From Scenedesmus sp. PABB004 (taxonomy: Eukaryota): a stretch of DNA of 64,000 nucleotides. The DNA lies in contig JABVCE010000003.1 of NCBI GenBank assembly GCA_014905635.1, forward strand, positions 1 to 64,000, given 5' to 3'. Numbering within the stretch: position 1 is the first letter of the stretch; every line of letters starts with the position of its first letter. The position numbers were made by a program, and so were the translations under genes. The notes under the pieces are model-generated. The model did not search any database, was not told the origin of the DNA, and saw only the letters and a program-made list of their open reading frames with translations. Shown here one piece after another: positions 1 to 12,129 of the stretch.

Positions 1-678
1 CCGGGCTTGCTGCGACCCCGGCTGGCTGCGTGTCGCGCCTCTTCTGCAGCGTGCAAGTTGGGCGGTGTCCGCCCGTGCCGCGGGGCTGGTGTCTGCGTGT
101 TGGTCGTCGCGCGGCGAGGGGGCTGCTGCGATGGGGGGCCCTGGCGCCGCCGGCGTGTTTGGCGCTGCACGCGCTCCGTGCGCGGCGGCTTGGCGTGCTG
201 CCTGCCCGGTGGGGGCGGCTTTCTCATCGGTGCGCGGCTTTCTCAGGGGTTTTTGCAGCAAAGCCACCTGTTGCCCCCTGGTGTGTGCGTGTGTCGTCGC
301 GCGGCGCGGGGGCTGATGCCGCTGAGGCCGGCCCCTGCCGCCGCCAGCGTGGATGGCGTTTGCGCGTGATCTCTGCGCGGAGGCTTGGGGTGCACCTCGC
401 TGCACCGATGCCCGGTGCGGCTCGCCGCACCGGAAGGGGGTGTGCGGCCTGATCTGCTGCTGCCCCTTTCATTGCGGGGCATCACTGGTCTCCTTGGGCG
501 CCCGTTGGGCGTTGGCCTCTGGCTGTGCCGTTGGGTGATGTGTGGCCCCTCTCGGGGGGCGCCGGGGCGCGGTTTTTTCACGAGGGGTTACTGCGCTCTT
601 CCCGTTGGAGCTTTTTTTCAGTGGGCTGCCCCTGGCCTCGGTCCTTGTCTGGTCACCCATTGTAACAAAAAAAAAAAA
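1..678 (+). mobile_element. 3' UTR and poly(A) tail of an L1-like LINE (copy 1, 5' part outside window)
   Basis: 1-490 is near-identical to ~10869-11370 and 481-678 to 17913-18119, which is the 3' UTR following a zf-RVT ORF end. Ends CCCATTGTAAC + A12 (667-678). Confidence 0.85.
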
Positions 679-3600
679 GCGAAAGCGGCGCACGGCAGCG
701 CTGCGCCGCGGCGCCGCGAGCGGCGCGCGCGCGGGCGGCGCGCGGCCCGCGGCGCGGCGCGGCCGCCGGCGGCCGACCTCTGCGGCGCAGCGCGTGGCCG
801 GGCAGCCTGTTGGAGCCCCGCACCCCGCTCCCCAGGGGCGGCGGGGCAGCGGAACGGCGCACGGCAGCGCTGCGCCGCGGCGCCGCGAGCGGCGCGCGCC
901 GCGGCGGGCGGCGCGCGGCCCGCGGCGCGGCGCGGCCGCCGGCGGCCGACCTCTGCGCGCAGCGCGTGGCCGGGCAGCCTGTTGGAGCCCCGCACGCCCG
1001 CTCCCCAGGGGCGGCGGGGCAGCGGAAACGGCGCACGGCAGCGCTGCGCGGCGCCGCCGAGCGGCGCGCGCGCGGGCGGCGCGCGGCCGCGGCGCGGCGC
1101 GGCCGCCGGCGGCCGACCTCTGCGGCGCAGCGCGTGGCCGGGCAGCCTGTTGGAGCCCCGCACGCCCGCTCCCCAGGGGCGGCGGGGCAGCCGGAAACGG
1201 CGCACGGCAGCGCTGCGCCGCGGCGCCGCCGAGCGGCGCGCGCGCGGGCGGCGCGCGGCCCGCGGCGCGGCGCGGCCGCCGGCGGCCGACCTCTGCGGCG
1301 CAGCGCGTGGCCGGGCAGCCTGTTGGAGCCCCGCACGCCCGCTCCCAGGGGCGGCGGGGCAGCGGAAACGGCGCACGGCAGCGCTGCGCCGCGGCGCCGC
1401 CGAGCGGCGCGCGCGCGGGCGGCGCGCGGCCCGCGGCGCGGCGCGGCCGCCGGCGGCCGACCTCTGCGGCGCAGCGCGTGGCCGGGCAGCCTGTTGGAGC
1501 CCCGCACGCCCGCTCCCAGGGGCGGCGGGGCAGCGGAAACGGCGCACGGCAGCGCTGCGCCGCGGCGCCGCCGAGCGGCGCGCGCGCGGGCGGCGCGCGG
1601 CCCGCGGCGCGGCGCGGCCGCCGGCGGCCGACCTCTGCGGCGCAGCGCGTGGCCGGGCAGCCTGTTGGAGCCCCGCACGCCCGCTCCCCAGGGGCGGCGG
1701 GCAGCGGAAACGGCGCACGGCAGCGCTGCGCCGCGGCGCCGCCGAGCGGCGCGCGCGCGGGCGGCGCGCGGCCCGCGGCGCGGCGCGGCCGCCGGCGGCC
1801 GACCTCTGCGGCGCAGCGCGTGGCCGGGCAGCCTGTTGGAGCCCCGCACGCCCGCGCTCCCAGGGGCGGCGGGCAGCGGAAACGGCGCACGGCAGCGCTG
1901 CGCCGCGGCGCCGCCGAGCGGCGCGCGCGCGGGCGGCGCGCGGCCCGCGGCGGCGGCGCGGCCGCCGCGGCCGACCTCTGCGGCGCAGCGCGTGGCCGGG
2001 CAGCCTGTTGGAGCCCCGCACGCCCGCTCCCCAGGGGCGGCGGGGCAGCGGAAACGGCGCACGGCAGCGCTGCGCCGCGGCGCCGCCGAGCGGCGCGCGC
2101 GCGGGCGGCGCGCGGCCGCGGCGCGGCGCGGCCGCCGGCGGCCGACCTCTGCGGCGCAGCGCGTGGCCGGGCAGCCTGTTGGAGCCCCGCACGCCCGCTC
2201 CCCAGGGGCGGCGGGGCAGCGGAAACGGCGCACGGCAGCGCTGCGCCGCGGCGCCGCCGAGCGGCGCGCGCGCGGGCGGCGCGCGGCCCGCGGCGCGGCG
2301 CGGCCGCCGGCGGCCGACCTCTGCGGCGCAGCGCGTGGCCGGGCAGCCTGTTGGAGCCCCGCACGCCCGCTCCCCAGGGGCGGCGGGGCAGCGGAAACGG
2401 CGCACGGCAGCGCTGCGCCGCGGCGCCGCGAGCGGCGCGCGCGCGGGCGGCGCGCGGCCCGCGGCGCGGCGCGGCCGCCGGCGGCCGACCTCTGCGGCGC
2501 AGCGCGTGGCCGGGCAGCCTGTTGGAGCCCCGCACGCCCGCTCCCCAGGGGCGGCGGGGCAGCGGAAACGGCGCACGGCAGCGCTGCGCCGCGGCGCCGC
2601 CGAGCGGCGCGCGCGCGGGCGCGCGCGGCCGCGGCGCGGCGCGGCCGCCGGCGGCCGACCTCTGCGGCGCAGCGCGTGGCCGGGCAGCCTGTTGGAGCCG
2701 CACGCCCGCTCCCAGGGGCGGCGGGGCAGCGGAAACGGCGCACGGCAGCGCTGCGCCGCGGCGCCGCCGAGCGGCGCGCGCGCGGGCGGCGCGCGGCCCG
2801 CGGCGCGGCGCGGCCGCCGGCGGCCGACCTCTGCGGCGCAGCGCGTGGCCGGGCAGCCTGTTGGAGCCCCGCACGCCCGCTCCCCAGGGCGGCGGGCAGC
2901 GGAAACGGCGCACGGCAGCGCTGCGCCGCGGCGCCGCCGAGCGGCGCGCGCGCGGGCGGCGCGCGGCCCGCGGCGCGGCGCGGCCGCCGGCGGCCGACCT
3001 CTGCGGCGCAGCGCGTGGCCGGGCAGCCTGTTGGAGCCCCGCACGCCCGCTCCCCAGGGGCGGCGGGGCAGCGGAAACGGCGCACGGCAGCGCTGCGCCG
3101 CGGCGCCGCCGAGCGGCGCGCGCGCGGGCGGCGCGCGGCCCGCGGCGCGGCGCGGCCGCCGGCGGCCGACCTCTGCGGCGCAGCGCGTGGCGGGCAGCCT
3201 GTTGGAGCCCCGCACGCCCGCTCCCCAGGGGCGGCGGGGCAGCGGAAACGGCGCACGGCAGCGCTGCGCCGCGGCGCCGCCGAGCGGCGCGCGCGCGGGC
3301 GGCGCGCGGCCCGCGGCGCGGCGCGGCCGCCGGCGGCCGACCTCTGCGGCGCAGCGCGTGGCCGGGCAGCCTGTTGGAGCCCCGCACGCCCGCTCCCCAG
3401 GGGCGGCGGGGCAGCGAAACGGCGCACGGCAGCGCTGCGCCGCGGCGCCGCCGAGCGGCGCGCGCGCGGCGGCGCGCGGCCCGCGGCGCGGCGCGGCCGC
3501 CGGCGGCCGACCTCTGCGGCGCAGCGCGTGGCCGGGCAGCCTGTTGGAGCCCCGCACGCCCGCTCCCCAGGGGCGGCGGGGCAGCGGAAACGGCGCACGG

Positions 3601-6600
3601 CAGCGCTGCGCCGCGGCGCCGCCGAGCGGCGCGCGCGCGGGCGGCGCGCGGCCCGCGGCGCGGCGCGGCCGCCGGCGGCCGACCTCTGCGGCGCAGCGCG
3701 TGGCCGGGCAGCCTGTTGGAGCCCCGCACGCCCGCTCCCCAGGGGCGGCGGGGCAGCGGAAACGGCGCACGGCAGCGCTGCGCCGCGGCGCCGCCGAGCG
3801 GCGCGCGCGCGGGCGGCGCGCGGCCCGCGGCGCGGCGCGGCCGCCGGCGGCCGACCTCTGCGGCGCAGCGCGTGGCCGGGCAGCCTGTTGGAGCCCCGCA
3901 CGCCCGCTCCCCAGGGGCGGCGGGGCAGCGGAAACGGCGCACGGCAGCGCTGCGCCGCGGCGCCGCCGAGCGGCGCGCGCGCGGGCGGCGCGCGGCCCGC
4001 GGCGCGGCGCGGCCGCCGGCGGCCGACCTCTGCGGCGCAGCGCGTGGCCGGGCAGCCTGTTGGAGCCCCGCACGCCCGCTCCCCAGGGGCGGCGGGGCAG
4101 CGGAAACGGCGCACGGCAGCGCTGCGCCGCGGCGCCGCCGAGCGGCGCGCGCGCGGGGCGGCGCGCGGCCCGCGGCGCGGCGCGGCCGCCGGCGGCCGAC
4201 CTCTGCGGCGCAGCGCGTGGCCGGGCAGCCTGTTGGAGCCCCGCACGCCCGCTCCCCAGGGGCGGCGGGGCAGCGGAAACGGCGCACGGCAGCGCTGCGC
4301 CGCGGCGCCGCCGAGCGGCGCGCGCGCGGGCGGCGCGCGGCCCGCGGCGCGGCGCGGCCGCCGGCGGCCGACCTCTGCGGCGCAGCGCGTGGCCGGGCAG
4401 CCTGTTGGAGCCCCGCACGCCCGCTCCCCAGGGGCGGCGGGGCAGCGGAAACGGCGCACGGCAGCGCTGCGCCGCGGCGCCGCCGAGCGGCGCGCGCGCG
4501 GGCGGCGCGCGGCCCGCGGCGCGGCGCGGCCGCCGGCGGCCGACCTCTGCGGCGCAGCGCGTGGCCGGGCAGCCTGTTGGAGCCCCGCACGCCCGCTCCC
4601 CAGGGGCGGCGGGGCAGCGGAAACGGCGCACGGCAGCGCTGCGCCGCGGCGCCGCCGAGCGGCGCGCGCGCGGGCGGCGCGCGGCCCGCGGCGCGGCGCG
4701 GCCGCCGGCGGCCGACCTCTGCGGCGCAGCGCGTGGCCGGGCAGCCTGTTGGAGCCCCGCACGCCCGCTCCCCAGGGGCGGCGGGGCAGCGGAAACGGCG
4801 CACGGCAGCGCTGCGCCGCGGCGCCGCCGAGCGGCGCGCGCGCGGCGGCGCGCGGCCCGCGGCGCGGCGCGGCCGCCGGCGGCCGACCTCTGCGGCGCAG
4901 CGCGTGGCCGGGCAGCCTGTTGGAGCCCCGCACGCCCGCTCCCCAGGGGCGGCGGGGCAGCGGAAACGGCGCACGGCAGCGCTGCGCCGCGGCGCCGCCG
5001 AGCGGCGCGCGCGCGGGCGGCGCGCGGCCCGCGGCGCGGCGCGGCCGCCGGCGGCCGACCTCTGCGGCGCAGCGCGTGGCCGGGCAGCCTGTTGGAGCCC
5101 CGCACGCCCGCTCCCCAGGGGCGGCGGGGCAGCGGAAACGGCGCACGGCAGCGCTGCGCCGCGGCGCCGCCGAGCGGCGCGCGCGCGGGCGGCGCGCGGC
5201 CCGCGGCGCGGCGCGGCCGCCGGCGGCCGACCTCTGCGGCGCAGCGCGTGGCCGGGCAGCCTGTTGGAGCCCCGCACGCCCGCTCCCCAGGGGCGGCGGG
5301 GCAGCGGAAACGGCGCACGGCAGCGCTGCGCCGCGGCGCCGCCGAGCGGCGCGCGCGCGGGCGGCGCGCGGCCCGCGGCGCGGCGCGGCCGCCGGCGGCC
5401 GACCTCTGCGGCGCAGCGCGTGGCCGGGCAGCCTGTTGGAGCCCCGCACGCCCGCTCCCCAGGGGCGGCGGGGCAGCGGAAACGGCGCACGGCAGCGCTG
5501 CGCCGCGGCGCCGCCGAGCGGCGCGCGCGCGGGCGGCGCGCGGCCCGCGGCGCGGCGCGGCCGCCGGCGGCCGACCTCTGCGGCGCAGCGCGTGGCCGGG
5601 CAGCCTGTTGGAGCCCCGCACGCCCGCTCCCCAGGGGCGGCGGGGCAGCGGAAACGGCGCACGGCAGCGCTGCGCCGCGGCGCCGCCGAGCGGCGCGCGC
5701 GCGGGCGGCGCGCGGCCCGCGGCGCGGCGCGGCCGCCGGCGGCCGACCTCTGCGGCGCAGCGCGTGGCCGGGCAGCCTGTTGGAGCCCCGCACGCCCGCT
5801 CCCCAGGGGCGGCGGGGCAGCGGAAACGGCGCACGGCAGCGCTGCGCCGCGGCGCCGCCGAGCGGCGCGCGCGCGCGCGCGCGCGCGGCCCGCGGCGCGG
5901 CGCGGCCGCCGGCGGCCGACCTCTGCGGCGCAGCGCGTGGCCGGGCAGCCTGTTGGAGCCCCGCACGCCCGCTCCCCAGGGGCGGCGGGGCAGCGGAAAC
6001 GGCGCACGGCAGCGCTGCGCCGCGGCGCCGCCGAGCGGCGCGCGCGCGGGCGGCGCGCGGCCCGCGGCGCGGCGCGGCCGCCGGCGGCCGACCTCTGCGG
6101 CGCAGCGCGTGGCCGGGCAGCCTGTTGGAGCCCCGCACGCCCGCTCCCCAGGGGCGGCGGGGCAGCGGAAACGGCGCACGGCAGCGCTGCGCCGCGGCGC
6201 CGCCGAGCGGCGCGCGCGCGGGCGGCGCGCGGCCCGCGGCGCGGCGCGGCCGCCGGCGGCCGACCTCTGCGGCGCAGCGCGTGGCCGGGCAGCCTGTTGG
6301 AGCCCCGCACGCCCGCTCCCCAGGGGCGGCGGGGCAGCGGAAACGGCGCACGGCAGCGCTGCGCCGCGGCGCCGCCGAGCGGCGCGCGCGCGGGCGGCGC
6401 GCGGCCCGCGGCGCGGCGCGGCCGCCGGCGGCCGACCTCTGCGGCGCAGCGCGTGGCCGGGCAGCCTGTTGGAGCCCCGCACGCCCGCTCCCCAGGGGCG
6501 GCGGGGCAGCGGAAACGGCGCACGGCAGCGCTGCGCCGCGGCGCCGCCGAGCGGCGCGCGCGCGGGCGGCGCGCGGCCCGCGGCGCGGCGCGGCCGCCGG

Positions 6601-9600
6601 CGGCCGACCTCTGCGGCGCAGCGCGTGGCCGGGCAGCCTGTTGGAGCCCCGCACGCCCGCTCCCCAGGGGCGGCGGGGCAGCGGAAACGGCGCACGGCAG
6701 CGCTGCGCCGCGGCGCCGCCGAGCGGCGCGCGCGCGGGCGGCGCGCGGCCCGCGGCGCGGCGCGGCCGCCGGCGGCCGACCTCTGCGGCGCAGCGCGTGG
6801 CCGGGCAGCCTGTTGGAGCCCCGCACGCCCGCTCCCCAGGGGCGGCGGGGCAGCGGAAACGGCGCACGGCAGCGCTGCGCCGCGGCGCCGCCGAGCGGCG
6901 CGCGCGCGGGCGGCGCGCGGCCCGCGGCGCGGCGCGGCCGCCGGCGGCCGACCTCTGCGGCGCAGCGCGTGGCCGGGCAGCCTGTTGGAGCCCCGCACGC
7001 CCGCTCCCCAGGGGCGGCGGGGCAGCGGAAACGGCGCACGGCAGCGCTGCGCCGCGGCGCCGCCGAGCGGCGCGCGCGCGGGCGGCGCGCGGCCCGCGGC
7101 GCGGCGCGGCCGCCGGCGGCCGACCTCTGCGGCGCAGCGCGTGGCCGGGCAGCCTGTTGGAGCCCCGCACGCCCGCTCCCCAGGGGCGGCGGGGCAGCGG
7201 AAACGGCGCACGGCAGCGCTGCGCCGCGGCGCCGCCGAGCGGCGCGCGCGCGGGCGGCGCGCGGCCCGCGGCGCGGCGCGGCCGCCGGCGGCCGACCTCT
7301 GCGGCGCAGCGCGTGGCCGGGCAGCCTGTTGGAGCCCCGCACGCCCGCTCCCCAGGGGCGGCGGGGCAGCGGAAACGGCGCACGGCAGCGCTGCGCCGCG
7401 GCGCCGCCGAGCGGCGCGCGCGCGGGCGGCGCGCGGCCCGCGGCGCGGCGCGGCCGCCGGCGGCCGACCTCTGCGGCGCAGCGCGTGGCCGGGCAGCCTG
7501 TTGGAGCCCCGCACGCCCGCTCCCCAGGGGCGGCGGGGCAGCGGAAACGGCGCACGGCAGCGCTGCGCCGCGGCGCCGCCGAGCGGCGCGCGCGCGGGCG
7601 GCGCGCGGCCCGCGGCGCGGCGCGGCCGCCGGCGGCCGACCTCTGCGGCGCAGCGCGTGGCCGGGCAGCCTGTTGGAGCCCCGCACGCCCGCTCCCCAGG
7701 GGCGGCGGGGCAGCGGAAACGGCGCACGGCAGCGCTGCGCCGCGGCGCCGCCGAGCGGCGCGCGCGCGGGCGGCGCGCGGCCCGCGGCGCGGCGCGGCCG
7801 CCGGCGGCCGACCTCTGCGGCGCAGCGCGTGGCCGGGCAGCCTGTTGGAGCCCCGCACGCCCGCTCCCCAGGGGCGGCGGGGCAGCGGAAACGGCGCACG
7901 GCAGCGCTGCGCCGCGGCGCCGCCGAGCGGCGCGCGCGCGGGCGGCGCGCGGCCCGCGGCGCGGCGCGGCCGCCGGCGGCCGACCTCTGCGGCGCAGCGC
8001 GTGGCCGGGCAGCCTGTTGGAGCCCCGCACGCCCGCTCCCCAGGGGCGGCGGGGCAGCGGAAACGGCGCACGGCAGCGCTGCGCCGCGGCGCCGCCGAGC
8101 GGCGCGCGCGCGGGCGGCGCGCGGCCCGCGGCGCGGCGCGGCCGCCGGCGGCCGACCTCTGCGGCGCAGCGCGTGGCCGGGCAGCCTGTTGGAGCCCCGC
8201 ACGCCCGCTCCCCAGGGGCGGCGGGGCAGCGGAAACGGCGCACGGCAGCGCTGCGCCGCGGCGCCGCCGAGCGGCGCGCGCGCGGGCGGCGCGCGGCCCG
8301 CGGCGCGGCGCGGCCGCCGGCGGCCGACCTCTGCGGCGCAGCGCGTGGCCGGGCAGCCTGTTGGAGCCCCGCACGCCCGCTCCCCAGGGGCGGCGGGGCA
8401 GCGGAAACGGCGCACGGCAGCGCTGCGCCGCGGCGCCGCCGAGCGGCGCGCGCGCGGGCGGCGCGCGGCCCGCGGCGCGGCGCGGCCGCCGGCGGCCGAC
8501 CTCTGCGGCGCAGCGCGTGGCCGGGCAGCCTGTTGGAGCCCCGCACGCCCGCTCCCCAGGGGCGGCGGGGCAGCGGAAACGGCGCACGGCAGCGCTGCGC
8601 CGCGGCGCCGCCGAGCGGCGCGCGCGCGGGCGGCGCGCGGCCCGCGGCGCGGCGCGGCCGCCGGCGGCCGACCTCTGCGGCGCAGCGCGTGGCCGGGCAG
8701 CCTGTTGGAGCCCCGCACGCCCGCTCCCCAGGGGCGGCGGGGCAGCGGAAACGGCGCACGGCAGCGCTGCGCCGCGGCGCCGCCGAGCGGCGCGCGCGCG
8801 GGCGGCGCGCGGCCCGCGGCGCGGCGCGGCCGCCGGCGGCCGACCTCTGCGGCGCAGCGCGTGGCCGGGCAGCCTGTTGGAGCCCCGCACGCCCGCTCCC
8901 CAGGGGCGGCGGGGCAGCGGAAACGGCGCACGGCAGCGCTGCGCCGCGGCGCCGCGAGCGGCGCGCGCGGCGGGCGGCGCGCGGCCGCGGCGCGGCGCGG
9001 CCGCCGGCGGCCGACCTCTGCGGCGCAGCGCGTGGCCGGGCAGCCTGTTGGAGCCCCGCACGCCCGCTCCCCAGGGGCGGCGGGGCAGCGGAAACGGCGC
9101 ACGGCAGCGCTGCGCCGCGGCGCCGCCGAGCGGCGCGCGCGCGGGCGGCGCGCGGCCCGCGGCGCGGCGCGGCCGCCGGCGGCCGACCTCTGCGGCGCAG
9201 CGCGTGGCCGGGCAGCCTGTTGGAGCCCCGCACGCCCGCTCCCCAGGGGCGGCGGGGCAGCGGAAACGGCGCACGGCAGCGCTGCGCCGCGGCGCCGGCG
9301 AGCGGCGCGCGCGCGGGCGGCGCACGGCCCGCGGCGCGGCGCGGCCGCCGGCGGCCGACCTCTGCGGCGCAGCGCGTGGCCGGGCAGCCTGTTGGAGCCC
9401 CGCACGCCCGCTCCCCAGGGGCGGCGGGGCAGCGGAAACGGCGCACGGCAGCGCTGCGCCGCGGCGCCGCCGAGCGGCGCGCGCGCGGGCGGCGCGCGGC
9501 CCGCGGCGCGGCGCGGCCGCCGGCGGCCGACCTCTGCGGCGCAGCGCGTGGCCGGGCAGCCTGTTGGAGCCCCGCACGCCCGCTCCCCAGGGGCGGCGGG

Positions 9601-9850
9601 GCAGCGGAAACGGCGCACGGCAGCGCTGCGCCGCGGCGCCGCCGAGCGGCGCGCGCGCGGGCGGCGCGCGGCCCGCGGCGCGGCGCGGCCGCCGGCGGCC
9701 GACCTCTGCGGCGCAGCGCGTGGCCGGGCAGCCTGTTGGAGCCCCGCACGCCCGCTCCCAGGGGCGGCGGGGCAGCGGAAACGGCGCACGGCAGCGCTGC
9801 GCCGCGGCGCCGCCGAGCGGCGCGCGCGCGGGCGGCGCACGGCCCGCAGC
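679..9850. repeat. Tandem satellite, 172-bp monomer, ~53 copies, ~88% GC
   Basis: GGAAAC motif ends at 6000, 6172, 6344, 6516... (period 172). Monomer GGAAACGGCGCACGGCAGCGCTGC...GACCTCTGCGG...CCTGTTGGAGCCCCGCACGCCCGCTCCCCAGGGGCGGCGGGGCAGC. Central copies appear identical; edge copies carry small indels. Confidence 0.98.
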
Positions 9851-10798
9851 GCGTCGGGGCCGGCGGCGGCCGCTGCCGCCGCTGCCGCCGCGGCGCGGCG
9901 CGAGGAGCATGAGCAGCGGCGGGAGCAGCAGCTGGAGCAGCGCAGGACCCTGGTTCAGGAGCCGGCGGCCAACGACCTCGGCGGCCAACGACCTCGTCGA
10001 CCCGCTCACTGGTGCGACTGCGACGCCGCGCGCCGGCGAGCGCGCGGAGCCGCCCGCCTGGGCCGCCTGCTACGCGCGCGCGCAGCAGGCGCGCATGCCG
10101 CGCGCCCTGCGACACTTTGGCTGGAGCCTGCTGCACGGCGGGGTGCGCGTCAGCGGCGACAGGGTCTTCTCTTACCAGCGCGCGGCGCCGGAGCTGGCGG
10201 AGCTGGCGTGCCCGCACCCGCTCTGCCGCGCGCAGCAGCAGCCGCCGCTGGAGACGCTCGGCCACGTCCTCGGCGGATGCCCCGTGGCGGCGGCGGTGCT
10301 GCAGTGGTTTGCTCACCTCTGGGCGCGGCTGCAGCCGGGCTTCCCGCGCGCGCGCCCCCGCCCAGGGTGATGCTGGCGGACGACTTTGCCAGGTCGGGCG
10401 TCGCGCCGGAGCTGCAGCAGCTCTGGACGCACCTCCGCCTGCTGCTGCTGCGCGCCCTGCTCGCCGCGCGCGCGCGGCACGGCGGCGGCCAGCCCGGGCA
10501 CGCGCCTGTGGCGGCGATTCGCATCTTTGTGTACTCGGTGCGCGACGCAGTCGTGCTGGACTGGCGCAAGGCAGCGATGGACGTGCGCGCGCTGGCGGGC
10601 GTGCCGCGCTCCTGGCTGTCGGGCTCCGGCAAGGAGCTCACTCGGGAAGATTTCGAACGCCGGTGGTGCCACCGAGGGGTCATCGCGCGCACGGGCCAGC
10701 ACGGGGGCCGCTTCACAATGGAGTTCCGGCTCACCGCAGCGGGCGTGCCGGCGCTGCCGGCGGCGCCGGCGCTGGCCCCGCCGGCGGCGCAGGACCCC

Positions 10799-10829
<31 letters not shown>

Positions 10830-10843
10830 AGCGCGGCGGCTAG
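9851..10843 (+). pseudogene. C-terminal remnant of L1 ORF2 with zf-RVT zinc-binding motif, frameshifted
   Basis: RALRHFGWSLLHGGV...CPHPLC...ETLGHVLGGCPVAAAVLQW resembles the zf-RVT signature of L1/Tx1 ORF2 ends. A 17-bp tandem duplication at 9964-9997 and a frame change near 10360 disrupt it. Confidence 0.75.
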
Positions 10844-12129
10844 CTGCAGGGGCCGGGGGGGTCCGCGGCCGGGCTTGCTGCGACCCCGGCTGGCTGCGTG
10901 TCGCGCCTCTTCTGCAGCGTGCAAGGTTGGGCGGTGCCCGCCCGTGCCGCGGGGCTTGTGTCTGCGTGTTGGTCGTCGCGCGGCGAGGGGGCTGCTGCCG
11001 ATGGGGCCGGCCCCTGGCGCCGCCGGCGTGTTTGGCGGCTGCACGCGCTCCGTGCGCGGCGGCTTGGCGTGCTGCCTGCCCGGTGGGGCGGCTTTCTCAT
11101 CGGTGCGCGGCTTTCTCAGGGGTTTTTGCAGCAAAGCCAACTGCTGCCCCCTGGTGTGTGCGTGTGTCGTCGCGCGGCGCGGGGGCTGATGCCGCTGAGG
11201 CCGGCCCCTGCCGCCGCCAGCGTGGATGGCGTTTGCGCGTGATCTCTGCGCGGAGGCTTGGGGCCGGTGCACCTCGCTGCACCGATGCCCGATGCGGCTC
11301 GCCGCACCGGAAGGGGGGTGTGCGGCCTGATCTGCTGCTGCCCCTTTGATTGCGGGGCATCACCTGGTCTTAAGGACGGTTGCTGCCGGACACCTATCTC
11401 GCTCAACGCGTCTATCAACATCGCTGCGTCCAACAACTTGGGGTGGCTCCCGGGAGGCCATTGCGTGCCGAAAAGCCAGGACCAGCGCCACACCAGACCC
11501 GATCTCAACCCACACGCGCAGCGCCAGAGGCGCGCGAGCCCGCGCGGAGCCCGCGCGGAGCCAGTCGGCCGTGGCGGGCTGCCCGCCAACGGCTAGTTCC
11601 GTTCGGCCGCGCGCGCGCCCGTGAGGGCGCGCGCGCCTGCTCAGAGCGCGTTTTCGTGAGGCTGGAGGCGTGAGGGCAGCCGCGGCGGGCCCGCCGCGAG
11701 CGCGGCGGGCCTGCAGCGTGCGGCAGCAGCAGCGCAGCGACCACGGCAGCGGCAGCGGCGACGGCAAGGCGACTGACGGCGTGCCCAGCGCAATGCGGAC
11801 CCCTTGACCTTCAAGGGGGCTGCACTGCGCCGGAGGCGCACGCTGTCGGTCACGCTGGAGCAACGGCAGCAGCGGCGGCAGCGGCAGCGGGCGGGTGCCC
11901 CGAGAACGACAGCGCTGGCGCAGGAGACGTCTGGCCCGCCAGCGGCAGCGTGCACACCCCTAAGACGCGCCACGCCGCCGGACCCAGCCGGACTCCCCTG
12001 CACAGCGCAGCCGCTAGGCGGGGCGCTCGCCTGCCAGCCGCGGCCGCCGCTGCAGCTCGCCCAGCACCTGCCAACGCCCACGCTCACCGCGCGCACGCGG
12101 CTGCCCCACCCTCCAGCTACTGACACACC

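Noticed and set aside
679..9850. CRISPR-like array
   Set aside because: No unique spacers and no cas genes; the whole monomer repeats, in a eukaryotic context.
385..10843. Six ~3100-3400-aa ORFs on both strands
   Set aside because: The 172-bp monomer has no stop codon in any frame and 172 mod 3 = 1, so every frame cycles through the same three peptides; this is a satellite artefact.
11520..11610. HDV-like ribozyme in the retroelement 5' UTR
   Set aside because: A hairpin (GCCGTGGCGGGC/GCCCGCCAACGGC) followed by CTAG is present, but I could not find a P1/P3/L3 core. A covariance-model search would be needed.
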